Shown in pieces: positions 17,997 to 27,932 of a DNA stretch of 64,000 nt. The position numbers and the translations under genes are program-made. Location of the stretch: assembly GCA_050944835.1 (NCBI GenBank), contig JBMNRV010000011.1, forward strand, positions 6,657-70,656, given 5' to 3'. Origin of the DNA: Kiritimatiellia bacterium (GTDB lineage Bacteria; Verrucomicrobiota; Kiritimatiellia; JAAZAB01). The notes beneath the pieces were generated by a model, which did not search any database, had not been told where the DNA came from, and saw nothing but the letters and a program-made list of their open reading frames with translations. Within the stretch, counting starts at the first letter, position 1, and the number at the start of each line of letters is the position of its first letter.

Positions 17997-20900
17997 ATGA
18001 CAAACCAAAGTATACGTAAAGCAACAGCCCGCGTCAAAATGTGCACGGTGATGGTGTTTGCTCTGGCTTTAAGCGCCGCTTGTCTAAACGGTGATGAAAC
18101 CGATATGAAGTATTTTCTTGGCTCAGGGAACTCCATGACTTTGGGTGAAATGGCGTCGGCCGGCATCAATACCATTAGCCATGTGCCGTTCTATCCGGAT
18201 TTTGCCAAGGAAGCAGCGGGGAAATACGGAATTCGCGTATGTCCATACGTTGATATGTGGAAAGTTGTGACCTCTTCCGGTGACGCCTTACTGTTGAATA
18301 ACCCCTATTGGCGGGAAGTGGACGCCGATACCACACATCATCCGGAGTGGTTGATGATAGATGAAAACGGCAAAGTCAAGCGCCCTTACAGTGAAAATTA
18401 TCATCCTGGCTTTCAGCGGTCGTGCACCAGGCATCAGTCACTGACGGAAGCGCAGATACGCGGAGTGCTCAACCATCTTTCCAACGGGTGTGGCGGCGTT
18501 TTTATTGACAATGCACACCTTGCAGAGCACTTTTGCTGGGGCGAGAAATATAAACTACATGACCATCTCTGGCCGGAACCGGGTGGCGCTGGATCGAATC
18601 GCCGCGCCAAGGAAATGGTTTTCCAGGCCATTAAGCAATTCGGTCCCGACAAGGTGTGTATCATCAATGCTAGTTTTTCCGGTGACCGTACGGTATGTGA
18701 TGCGAGTATGCTGGAGTCGCATATATATTCAGGCGAGCGGCGGCAGGGCACAGGCAATTTGATGGATCGGCGCGCTTGGTTAAACCGAAATCGTGATTGG
18801 AAACATTTTCTGAAGGAATATGAAGAGTTTGCCCGGGTTTTCGAGAGCGGTCGGCCGGTATGCCAAAATTATTTTCAGGATCCCTGCACGGGTGACGAAG
18901 CGGCCTTCCATTCTTTTGTCTGGAGCAAGCTGTGGCATCCCAGCATGATCTGGTGTGTATCGGCGCCTTATTGGTATACAGGTTTTGCCGACTGTTTGGC
19001 ACGCATGGATGCGGTACGCGTGTTGTATCGCATTCATAATAGTTTGGGCGCCCCGCACGGTGAACCGGTGGTGACTGAAGAATGGGGATACTGCTGGTTT
19101 GATAATGCTTGTCTGGTCATTAACGGTGTAAATACGGCGCAGACGCTGAAAGTGCCGACTGATTCATCCGCCACGGCTCTGGGAGAGTTGTTCACCGGCG
19201 AAGAATTGACTATCCAGGATGGGAGTGTGGTCCTTGATATGCCGCCGCAGAGTGGGCGGATCATTATGCCTGTTTCCAGTATTTTGAGCAATTATCTGTG
19301 CGAAATCCGCACGGAGGCAGAGACCATCAGACGCTATCTGGAAGCCGAACAAGCGGTCGGCAATCAGGCGCTGCTGGAGTCGCCGGCAACGCTGGAGTGT
19401 TTGCGTGGCATAGAACAATCTGCGGATATGATGCTTGCCGCCGGTTCACAGGCGCCTGATATGCTTGATGACGCAATCAACATGGCGACGGCGGCGCAGA
19501 GTCTGGATGCGAGCAGCATGTTGCAAGAGCCTGTCCATCACCTGTTGAATGAAGCGCGGAATTTGACCACGGAAAACATCAAGGCGTTTTTGCGCCTGAC
19601 CAATTGCGCCCCGGCCAGCATCGAAATCTTTCGTGGTGGAACGAACGGTGAAGCTATTAAGATGTTTATGCGGTCAGCCGCGGCATGTTTTACGCCATTT
19701 ACATATCGGCCGACGTCATTTTTGCCTTTCGGCGAAAGTGTCGCATACAACTTGCATGTCGGCGATGTAGTTGGTTTTGGGTCTTCCGGTGAGACGGGGA
19801 TTAACTGGAACAAGAAGAAGGAAGGCCGCCTCTTGATCCGGGCGTGGCCGGGAATTGATGTCAAGGATAGTTATTTGCGCCCGGACAGCTTTTTAACGGT
19901 TCGCAAAACTGTAGATACTCCCGCGCGCCAGGAAATTGAGGCGGAAATTGTGCTTGTGGGGCTTGATTCCAAGAATCGTATAGACAATTGCCGCCTTTTG
20001 ATGAAGGCGGGCTTGGAAACGGGCTTGCCATTTTTGAACCTTGAATTTTGTGTGGTGGATGATAAAGGGCAAATCCGCGAAACGGAGCTGCTTTTCGATG
20101 CCGGACGCTATCCGATGCAGGTTGATTCCGTGCATGGGGCAGCGCCCGTGCAGGAGCGAAGCGATCAAGCCTTGGAATGGGTGTACTTCATGTCCAATCT
20201 CCAGGATCGCTGGGGAGTATTGTTTTTCGGGGATAAACTGGATTTCAGGCAAAGCACATTGATTGGCAAAGGACAATTGAAGTTTGCGGTTGCGCCTTTG
20301 GTCGCACGCGCAGGGCCTTTTCTTGAGGAACGCATCCGCAATATCCGGGACTATAGCAGCCGCGTTCAGTCTTTGACTTCCGGTATGTATTTCAAGCTTA
20401 TGGCGCCTGATCAGTTTTGGTTGAATGAGCCCAATAGTTTCCAGTCGGTTTTTATTGGCCCTTCGGGTCATAAGATAACAGCGCTGGAGTTCGCGCCGGA
20501 GGTGGGAGCGCTGAGTGTGCGCAAGGATATGGCAAGGCCGATAGGCAATGTTACAATCACTCGCGACCGGGATAACGCGGCTGATTTTGTTTTTGAAACA
20601 CCGGAAGGGTATGAGGAAAATGACTTTATATCCGTTCGTTGCCGCGCCACGGCGACATTGGATTCCGGCAAGCGATTGGTTTTTGAGCGCTACCTTTCCC
20701 GTCGGATCAGGAATTCGTTTAATGCCGAAGCCCCAGTTGCGATAGAACCGTTGCCGGAAGGCGGCGTAAAATTCGCAATGAAAATAAAAACAGGCATCCC
20801 ATTGACGGGCGCAGTCCATTTTGCGGTCTCCGATGCCGCGTATCAGCTCCGACCCGATCAGATGGATTTTTCGCTCGACGCCAACACCGAGAGGTTTTTG

Positions 20901-21590
20901 GAATTCGATGTTGCGGCGCCAAGTGTCAAGCCGAATCAAGCGCCGGTCCACGGTACGGCTAAATTGGATTTACCCAAGCAAACCTTGACGATCCCTTTTA
21001 AAGTTAAATGTTCACCGATTGTCAATGTTCGCGCATTAGACGCCAAAATTACCGTGGATGGTGAATTTAAGGAACCGGCTTGGGGAGATGCGGCATGCGC
21101 GGGCGATTTCGTCAATGCCACGGATGGCGCGCCGGCGTTAAAGCGCACGGAAGTGCGCGTCTTTTATACGTCCAATTCATTATATATTGGATTTAAGTGT
21201 TACGACGAGGAAATGAAACTCCAAGTGGACTGCGCCAGATCGAATAGTGAATTCAACGATGCGGCGCTGAAAGATGACAGCATCGAGATTTACGTGCGCG
21301 CCGCTCCACGAGATGAACCAAGTGAACAATATGTGCGTTTTGCATGTAATAGTGACTGTGTGAAGCGCGAAAGAGGGCCGAGGTGGAATGTGGCGGCAGC
21401 CAGAAAGACAGATCACTGGACGGTGGAAGTGGAAATCCCGTTCAAGTCGCTTGGCGCCGTGCCGCGCCAAGGTGATTTCTGGGGCATTAATTTTTGTCGT
21501 AATAATCCAGGATTGCCACCCAATTCATGGTCATATACGCCTGGCGCTTTTGCCAGCCCAAATTTTTTCGGCTGGGCTAGGTTTGAGTGA
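17997..21590 (+). CDS. Large secreted putative glycoside hydrolase with C-terminal CBM9-like domain
   Basis: Hydrophobic leader; HPEWL..DENG and GCGGVFIDN suggest a GH TIM barrel; C-terminal VDG..EPAW, TEVRVFY, DDSIEIY, VEVEIPF, WGINFCR. Confidence 0.65.
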   Translation: MTNQSIRKATARVKMCTVMVFALALSAACLNGDETDMKYFLGSGNSMTLGEMASAGINTISHVPFYPDFAKEAAGKYGIRVCPYVDMWKVVTSSGDALLLNNPYWREVDADTTHHPEWLMIDENGKVKRPYSENYHPGFQRSCTRHQSLTEAQIRGVLNHLSNGCGGVFIDNAHLAEHFCWGEKYKLHDHLWPEPGGAGSNRRAKEMVFQAIKQFGPDKVCIINASFSGDRTVCDASMLESHIYSGERRQGTGNLMDRRAWLNRNRDWKHFLKEYEEFARVFESGRPVCQNYFQDPCTGDEAAFHSFVWSKLWHPSMIWCVSAPYWYTGFADCLARMDAVRVLYRIHNSLGAPHGEPVVTEEWGYCWFDNACLVINGVNTAQTLKVPTDSSATALGELFTGEELTIQDGSVVLDMPPQSGRIIMPVSSILSNYLCEIRTEAETIRRYLEAEQAVGNQALLESPATLECLRGIEQSADMMLAAGSQAPDMLDDAINMATAAQSLDASSMLQEPVHHLLNEARNLTTENIKAFLRLTNCAPASIEIFRGGTNGEAIKMFMRSAAACFTPFTYRPTSFLPFGESVAYNLHVGDVVGFGSSGETGINWNKKKEGRLLIRAWPGIDVKDSYLRPDSFLTVRKTVDTPARQEIEAEIVLVGLDSKNRIDNCRLLMKAGLETGLPFLNLEFCVVDDKGQIRETELLFDAGRYPMQVDSVHGAAPVQERSDQALEWVYFMSNLQDRWGVLFFGDKLDFRQSTLIGKGQLKFAVAPLVARAGPFLEERIRNIRDYSSRVQSLTSGMYFKLMAPDQFWLNEPNSFQSVFIGPSGHKITALEFAPEVGALSVRKDMARPIGNVTITRDRDNAADFVFETPEGYEENDFISVRCRATATLDSGKRLVFERYLSRRIRNSFNAEAPVAIEPLPEGGVKFAMKIKTGIPLTGAVHFAVSDAAYQLRPDQMDFSLDANTERFLEFDVAAPSVKPNQAPVHGTAKLDLPKQTLTIPFKVKCSPIVNVRALDAKITVDGEFKEPAWGDAACAGDFVNATDGAPALKRTEVRVFYTSNSLYIGFKCYDEEMKLQVDCARSNSEFNDAALKDDSIEIYVRAAPRDEPSEQYVRFACNSDCVKRERGPRWNVAAARKTDHWTVEVEIPFKSLGAVPRQGDFWGINFCRNNPGLPPNSWSYTPGAFASPNFFGWARFE

Positions 21591-21722
21591 TGTGATTTAG
21601 ACATAACACCGGAGTTCATACTGCGGGATGACACTGGAAAATCGTTGTTTTGAAACTTATTCACAGCATCCCATAGAAGACAAAAAGTTGGAATAATCTT
21701 CGGTGGAATTGCGTAATTGGAT

Positions 21723-22037
21723 AAACCACCAAGGTAAGACGCCAAGGATGCCAAGGTGATAGAAAAGGATTTGCCACGAACGCATGCTGCGCTGACCGGC
21801 ATCTGCCGGTCAGCGCAGCATGCGTTCGTGGTCTGAAAAATCTTGTGAATCTTGTGCATCTTTATGGCCAATTATCCGGGATCTGCGCCAATCGGCGGTT
21901 TCATTCTTCGTCTGTTTATTTTTTGCATTCTTGGCGGTTCAATCCAATCCGGACTCTTCTCTATCTGATTCTCATCCGTGTCCATCCGTGTGCATCCGTG
22001 GTTCCTCTGGTTCTCACCGTTTTATCTCGTTTCCTGA
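21723..22037. repeat. Composite repeat L5 with perfect 58-bp hairpin (21774-21831)
   Basis: Perfect 28-bp arms with a 2-nt loop; left flank matches L1 and right flank is the reverse complement of the L2 left arm. Confidence 0.9.
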
Positions 22038-22055
22038 TTTTTATGATTGATAGAT

Positions 22056-22083
22056 TTGACATCATGCCGGTGCGGCTTATACT
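22056..22083 (+). promoter_or_regulatory. Putative sigma70 promoter
   Basis: TTGACA-16 bp-TATACT, ~55 bp upstream of the oxidoreductase start. Confidence 0.55.
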
Positions 22084-22139
22084 GTGTTTTTTAGTTGTCC
22101 AACGGGATAATAATCGTCGGAATAAAGGAGTACAGGCAA

Positions 22140-23324
22140 ATGGCAAAGCGGCGCACAAAGAATTCACAGATCAGGATTGGCGTCATTGGCGTGTCAGGGC
22201 GTGGCAAACTGGCGCGTAACCTGCATCAGCCGCAAGGCGATTCCGTGGTGGTTGCCGGCGCGGATATTTACGCCAAGTTTGCCGAAGAGTTTTATACCAA
22301 TTACGGCGCGGACGCTTTTTTTACCACTGATTATCGCCGCTTGCTGGAGCGTAAAGACATAGACGCCGTCGTGGTGACCTCTCCCGATCATTGCCATGCC
22401 GAACATACCATCGCCGCATTGCAGGCTGGTAAGCATGTTTATTGCGAAAAACCCCTAGCCATTACGGTGGCGGATTGCGACCGGATATTGAAAACTTACA
22501 AAGCCTCCGGCCGCAAGCTGATGATGGGCTTCAACATGCGTTACATGAACATTTTCCGTTGCATGAAGGATATTGTTGATTCTGGAACAATCGGCGAGAT
22601 CAAGGCGGTTTGGGTGCGCCATTTTGTAGGCCATGGTGGGCGTTGGTATTACCACGACTGGCATGCCGATCGCCGCAAGAGTACCAGCTTGCTGTTGCAG
22701 AAGGCTTCACATGACTTTGATATGATCCACTGGATTGCCGGTGATTACACCGCCAAGGTATCCGCGTTCGGCAGCCTGGATTTCTATGGCGGCAAAAAAC
22801 CCAATAAGCGCGAATGTCCGACCTGTCCGGATCGGCACGACTGTCCGGAATATCAGGAATGGCCGCACCACCAGTTCTGTTGTTTCCGGAAGGAAGTCAA
22901 TGTGGAAGACAACAATGTGGTGATCATGCAACTCTCACACGGCATAAAGGCCTGTTATACCCAATGTCATTTCACCCCCGACTACTGGCGGAATTATGTT
23001 TTCATCGGCACGGAAGGACGGATGGAAAATCTGGATGACTCCACCGAAGTCATTGTGAAAATGCGTAAAGGCCGCCGATGGAGTAACCTCTCCGATCGCC
23101 GCTATACCGTGAAAAAAGCCGAAGGCGGTCACGGCGGAGCCGATCCGGTCATTTGCCGGGATTTTCTTGACCTGCTGTTGACGGGGAAACAGCCTCTTTC
23201 ATCCCCGCTGGACGGACGTATGAGCGTGGCGGTTGGTTGCGCGGCGACGGAATCGTTGCGCACCGGCGGTAAAGTGGTGTCCATCCCGCCATTGCCACCG
23301 AGTTTGCGCGGAATGAAAGGGTGA
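22140..23324 (+). CDS. Gfo/Idh/MocA family oxidoreductase
   Basis: IGVIG..GRG, GKHVYCEKP, GFNMRY, KASHDFD; RBS AAGGAG. Confidence 0.92.
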   Translation: MAKRRTKNSQIRIGVIGVSGRGKLARNLHQPQGDSVVVAGADIYAKFAEEFYTNYGADAFFTTDYRRLLERKDIDAVVVTSPDHCHAEHTIAALQAGKHVYCEKPLAITVADCDRILKTYKASGRKLMMGFNMRYMNIFRCMKDIVDSGTIGEIKAVWVRHFVGHGGRWYYHDWHADRRKSTSLLLQKASHDFDMIHWIAGDYTAKVSAFGSLDFYGGKKPNKRECPTCPDRHDCPEYQEWPHHQFCCFRKEVNVEDNNVVIMQLSHGIKACYTQCHFTPDYWRNYVFIGTEGRMENLDDSTEVIVKMRKGRRWSNLSDRRYTVKKAEGGHGGADPVICRDFLDLLLTGKQPLSSPLDGRMSVAVGCAATESLRTGGKVVSIPPLPPSLRGMKG

Positions 23325-23348
23325 GGCGCCGGAACGCTTCCGGGCGTT

Positions 23349-23502
23349 CTGAAACGGCATTTGAAATTCAGGAAACGAGATAAATGTTGAAACCGCAGAT
23401 TACGCAGATGGGCGCAGATGATCTATCAGATCGGACCGATCAGTCCGATCCGTCTGATCTGCCGCGCATCTGCGACAAACTTGCCAACTGCCGCAGTTTT
23501 AG
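23349..23502. mobile_element. Short putative MITE L6 (same termini as L2, opposite orientation)
   Basis: CTGAAACGGCATTTGAAATTCAGGAAACGAGATAAA ... TTGCCAACTGCCGCAGTTTTAG enclosing CGCAGAT and GATCGG modules. Confidence 0.55.
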
Positions 23503-23540
23503 GGGCGCTCTGCCGCTTTGAAATTATTGGGAGTAGGATA

Positions 23541-25142
23541 GTGAAGACGCAAGTTCATGACTTTGATTTTCTGATTATAGGTAGCGGTGTCGCAGGGTTG
23601 ATGTCGGCCATCCATCTTGGGCAGCATGGCCGGGTAGGGGTGTTGACCAAGAAAGACCGCGCGGAGAGTAATACCAACTACGCTCAGGGCGGGATTGCCT
23701 GTGTGGTGGCTTCGGATGACAGCCTGCAGGAACATGTCAACGACACCTTGACGGCCGGCGCCGGATTGTGCGACAAACAGGTGGTGGAACGCATCCTCGG
23801 CGCCGGCCCGGCGCGCATTGCGGAGTTGGAGCGTTTGGGGTTGAAGTTTGCCGAATTGCCGCCTGCGGAATCCAAGCGATATGACTTGGGCCGTGAAGGC
23901 GGGCATTCCCGGCGGAGGGTGTTGCATTGTGGGGATATTACCGGGCGCGAAGTTGAACGTTTGTTGTTGGACCGGGTGCGGACGATGCCGAACGTGTCCG
24001 TGCTGGAACATTGTATGTGCATTGACTTGGTGACCACCGGTCATCTGGGATTGTCTGGCGAAAACCGCTGTGTGGGCGTCTATTTTCTCAATCAACAGAC
24101 TGGTGAAATTTCCGCCGCACGCGCGCCTTATACTGTTCTGGCGACTGGCGGAGGCGGCAAGGTATATCTTTACACCAGCAATCCGGACATTGCTACCGGT
24201 GATGGCCTGGCTATGGCTTGGCGCGCCGGTTTGCCGATTAAAAATCTGGAGTTCATTCAGTTTCACCCTACGTGTTTGTATCATCCGGAAGCGAAATCTT
24301 TTTTAATCAGCGAAGCCGTGCGGGGAGAGGGCGCTGTGCTGGTTGATGCCTCCGGCGCTCCTTTTATGGAGCGCTATGATCTACGGGGGTCACTGGCGCC
24401 GCGCGACATTGTGGCTCGTGCCATAGACCATGTTATGAAAACCGACGGTTCCCGCTGTGTCTATCTTGATATCCGTTCCAAATCCGAGAAGTTCCTGCGG
24501 AAACGCTTCCCGAATATTTTTGCCACTTGTTTGAAATTCGGCGTTAATATGGCGCGCGACTTGATTCCCGTGGTGCCGGCGGCGCATTATTTCTGCGGCG
24601 GTATTGCCGCCGGCGTGGATGGTATGACAGAGATGCCGGGATTGCTGGCTTGTGGGGAAGTTGCCTGCACTGGCTTGCATGGCGCCAACCGTTTGGCCAG
24701 TAATTCGCTCCTGGAGGCATTAGTTTGTGCGCATGCCATGGCAGAAAAACTAGCTGTGCAACCGCGTGAACGTCCAAATGTTGCTATTCCTGATTGGCGT
24801 GCCGGCTCGGCAGTGCCCAGCCATGAAGAGGTGATGATTGTGCATAATTGGAACGAGGTACGGACTTGCATGTGGGATTATGTCGGTATCGTGCGCGGCA
24901 ACCGTCGGCTTGAGCGCGCTTTGCGCCGCATTGCTAATTTGCAGGCGGAAATCCGTGAGTATTATGTTGACTATATCGTCACCGGCGATATCCTGGAATT
25001 GCGCAATATCGCCGCCGTGGCGGAAATCATTGTCCGTTCCGCCATGCAGCGCCGTGAGAGTCGCGGTTTGCATTATACGCTTGATTACCCGGAAACCGAT
25101 CAGACTCAGCCGCCGCATGATACCATCATGCGCCGCTGGTGA
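23541..25142 (+). CDS. nadB: L-aspartate oxidase
   Basis: GSGVAG, YAQGGIA, REGGHSRRR, QFHPT, PAAHY, HGANRLASNSLLE. Confidence 0.96.
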   Translation: MKTQVHDFDFLIIGSGVAGLMSAIHLGQHGRVGVLTKKDRAESNTNYAQGGIACVVASDDSLQEHVNDTLTAGAGLCDKQVVERILGAGPARIAELERLGLKFAELPPAESKRYDLGREGGHSRRRVLHCGDITGREVERLLLDRVRTMPNVSVLEHCMCIDLVTTGHLGLSGENRCVGVYFLNQQTGEISAARAPYTVLATGGGGKVYLYTSNPDIATGDGLAMAWRAGLPIKNLEFIQFHPTCLYHPEAKSFLISEAVRGEGAVLVDASGAPFMERYDLRGSLAPRDIVARAIDHVMKTDGSRCVYLDIRSKSEKFLRKRFPNIFATCLKFGVNMARDLIPVVPAAHYFCGGIAAGVDGMTEMPGLLACGEVACTGLHGANRLASNSLLEALVCAHAMAEKLAVQPRERPNVAIPDWRAGSAVPSHEEVMIVHNWNEVRTCMWDYVGIVRGNRRLERALRRIANLQAEIREYYVDYIVTGDILELRNIAAVAEIIVRSAMQRRESRGLHYTLDYPETDQTQPPHDTIMRRW

Positions 25143-25169
25143 TGCGTGCCAGGAAAGAGGCAGGAGCAG

Positions 25170-26099
25170 ATGAAACACATACACAAGCAGATGATTACCC
25201 GCCGCCGTTTCCTGACGGCGGTTACGGCTGCCACCGCCGGCGCCGCCTGCCGTCCTGTCTGGAGCGCGGCTGCGGAAACACTCGCCGTGCCATCGAAGCC
25301 TGTGGCCGAGTTGTTTGTCGTTCACGGAAAGGATCCGGCGGCTATGCTGCAAGCCGGTATTCAGCGTATGGGTGGTTGGTCGGCATTTGTCAAAGCAGGA
25401 CGCACTGCGGTAGTGAAACCCAACGCAGCTTGGGCGAGTCTGCCGGAACAGGGCGGTAACACGGACCCATTTTTAGTGGAACACTGTGTGCGCGCATGTC
25501 TGGCGGCGGGCGCATCAGACGTGATTGTTCCGGAAAAGCCATGCTCGCCCGCCAAGGATTCCTTCAGCATGAGCGGTATTGAAGAGGCGGTAAAGCGCGC
25601 CGGCGGCAGAATGTACACACCGCAAGCGAAGCATTTCCAGACGGTGGAGTTGCCGCGTGCTGTCAACTTGAAACAGGCGGACGTGATCAAGGATGTGTTG
25701 GAAGCCGGCTGCTTGATAAATATGCCGGTGGCGAAGACGCATGGCGGCGCCGGCCTGACGCTTTCCATGAAAAACTGGATGGGCGTAGTGGAGGATCGCG
25801 GTTTCTGGCACCGCAATCAATTGCATCAATGTATCGCCGACTTCAGCACGCGGATATGTCCAAATCTGATCATTATTGACGCCACGCGCATTATGTTGAC
25901 CGGCGGCCCGCGCGGGCCGGGCAAGCTGGCATATCCCAATCAAGTCATATTCGGAACTGATCCAGTGGCAGCGGATGCCTATGCGGCGACGCTGTTCGAC
26001 AAGCAACCGTTTGACATTCAGCATATACGCCTGGCACATGAGATGGGCGTGGGGTGTGGCGATCTGGCGTTGATCAAGGTTGAGCATATCAACCTGTAA
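25170..26099 (+). CDS. DUF362 domain protein with Tat signal
   Basis: ITRRRFL Tat motif, VVKPN, INMPVAKTH, LSMKNWMG, DPVAAD. Confidence 0.88.
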   Translation: MKHIHKQMITRRRFLTAVTAATAGAACRPVWSAAAETLAVPSKPVAELFVVHGKDPAAMLQAGIQRMGGWSAFVKAGRTAVVKPNAAWASLPEQGGNTDPFLVEHCVRACLAAGASDVIVPEKPCSPAKDSFSMSGIEEAVKRAGGRMYTPQAKHFQTVELPRAVNLKQADVIKDVLEAGCLINMPVAKTHGGAGLTLSMKNWMGVVEDRGFWHRNQLHQCIADFSTRICPNLIIIDATRIMLTGGPRGPGKLAYPNQVIFGTDPVAADAYAATLFDKQPFDIQHIRLAHEMGVGCGDLALIKVEHINL

Positions 26100-26250
26100 T
26101 TAACCGCCAAGACGTCAAAATCGCCAAGGTTACGAAAAGAGATCAGCCGCAAAAATGCAGGCCAAGGGGCGAGCTTTTTTTGATCAGTCTGATCGGTCCG
26201 ATCTGTCTGATACCCTGACGCCCCTTACGTCCCTGATGTCCCTTTTTAAG
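26100..26250. repeat. Modular repeat cluster L7
   Basis: TTAACCGCCAAG module directly after the stop codon; GATCAGTCTGATCGG and GTCCCT repeats. Confidence 0.7.
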
Positions 26251-26288
26251 GATTAAGGCGGTTTAACCAGCGAAATAGAAAGCGGCAG

Positions 26289-27554
26289 ATGCGTTTCATT
26301 TTAAAAAAATGGGCCGGACGGATGCTGCAGCCGGCAGTGGCGTTGCTCGCGGCAGCGGCGGCACTGTGTGTTTTCCCCTGGGAGACGGCGCCGGCGTTGC
26401 CGGCGGCGACCAGTCCTTGGCTCACCCTGTGCGCGGTATTGGCGACGCGCCGGTTAAGCATTTTGGCGCTGGCGGCTTTGCCATTACTGATAGTGTCCAT
26501 TTTGCGCGGACGCTGGTTTTGCCGTGTCCTTTGTCCAATGGGCTGGTTGCAGCGGCTGGCGGAGTGGCGCCGGCCGATACGCGGAAAATTGCTGAAGAAG
26601 TGCCCGCCGGCAGGACAGTGGATTATGGCGGCTGGACTTGGTGGCGCGTTGTTTGGGATGCCATTATTTCTGGGATGGGACCCGCTGGTGTTATGGACGG
26701 CTTTTTTTTCGGCATGGCGGCCGTCGGCGCCGTATTTTCATGAATGGCGATTAGCGGCAGGGTTGCCATTATTGCTGTTATTGGCTTGGCTTTTTCCGCG
26801 CTTATGGTGTGTGCGTTTATGTCCTCTGGGCGCCTGGATGGACGTTTGCCACCGCGTTGCCGTTTTTGCTGGCAAGCAGAGGGATGGCTTGCGCTGTCGC
26901 ACTGTTACTGCAAGCTCGTCGAAGTCAAATGTTGGCGCCGGCGCCAGCGAGGTGTTACCCCAAATGAGCGGCATCAGCCGGCGCGGATTTGTCGGTTTAG
27001 CAGGTGGTTTTCTGGCCGCCGGAGCGCTACGGGGCTGGAGCGCGCAGCGCGGCGCAAAATGCTTGCGCCCGCCGGGCGCGGTTGCGGAAGACCGTTTCAA
27101 TGGCATGTGTGCGCGCTGCGGAAATTGTATGCGCGCCTGTCCATCGGGCATTATCCGTCCGGGGTTATTGGAAGGTGGATTGGCTGGCGCTTTGACACCC
27201 GTGATAGAATTTCAGGATGATTATTGCCATGAAACCTGTGCCGCCTGCGCCCAGGTGTGTCCCACGGGGGCGATCCGGCGCTTTCCACTGGCGCGCAAGC
27301 CGGATTACAAAATCGGCACGGCCCGGGTGATTCACGATAAATGTCTGGCTTGGAAACATGGCGAATATTGCATGGTATGCGATGAGTTTTGCCCTTACAA
27401 AGCTGTGCGCGTGGTCAAGCACGGCGGTGTGAATTGTCCGGAGGTGGACGAGGCCCTTTGTCGTGGCTGCGGCGCCTGTCAGTGTCAATGCCCGGCTGAT
27501 CCGGGGCCGGCTATTGTGGTTGAACGCGACGGAGCAGCAACGGAAAGAAATTAG
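26289..27554 (+). CDS. Membrane 4Fe-4S polyferredoxin (NapH/MauN fused to NapG/MauM-like)
   Basis: TM helices with CxxxCPxG twice, LRPPGA and several CxxCxxCxxxCP motifs. Confidence 0.88.
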   Translation: MRFILKKWAGRMLQPAVALLAAAAALCVFPWETAPALPAATSPWLTLCAVLATRRLSILALAALPLLIVSILRGRWFCRVLCPMGWLQRLAEWRRPIRGKLLKKCPPAGQWIMAAGLGGALFGMPLFLGWDPLVLWTAFFSAWRPSAPYFHEWRLAAGLPLLLLLAWLFPRLWCVRLCPLGAWMDVCHRVAVFAGKQRDGLRCRTVTASSSKSNVGAGASEVLPQMSGISRRGFVGLAGGFLAAGALRGWSAQRGAKCLRPPGAVAEDRFNGMCARCGNCMRACPSGIIRPGLLEGGLAGALTPVIEFQDDYCHETCAACAQVCPTGAIRRFPLARKPDYKIGTARVIHDKCLAWKHGEYCMVCDEFCPYKAVRVVKHGGVNCPEVDEALCRGCGACQCQCPADPGPAIVVERDGAATERN

Positions 27555-27869
27555 CCACAAAGATGCACAAGATGCACAAAGGGGAATGAAAGATTGAACC
27601 GCCAAGCCGCCAAGGTGTCAGAAGAGGATTCGCCACGGACGCATGCCGCGCTGTCCGCTATGCGGACATGGATCGGTGGACACCCGGATACACGAATGAA
27701 TTCGCGTATAAGGGTGTCAGCCGATCCGCCAGACCAGCAGATGCCGGTCAGCGCGGCAGGCCATTCTAGTCCGCCGGTATCTCTGGTAAAATCTGCGTTC
27801 ATCTGCGCCAATCGGCGGTTTCATTTTTCGTCTGTTTCCTTTTTGCGTTCTTGGCGACTTGGCGGTTAA
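27551..27869. repeat. Composite repeat L8 with inverted 117-bp core (27643-27759)
   Basis: Left flank resembles L1 and L5 but the core is the reverse complement of 7794-7910. Confidence 0.9.
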
Positions 27870-27885
27870 AATCTCCTTCTGATTA

Positions 27886-27907
27886 AATATTCATCTTATG
27901 GGATGAC
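27886..27907. promoter_or_regulatory. Candidate operator AAATATTCATCTTATGGGATG
   Basis: Near-palindromic; recurs at 34081 and 35816. Confidence 0.5.
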
Positions 27908-27932
27908 ACAGAAAACAAATAAAGGTTACAAA

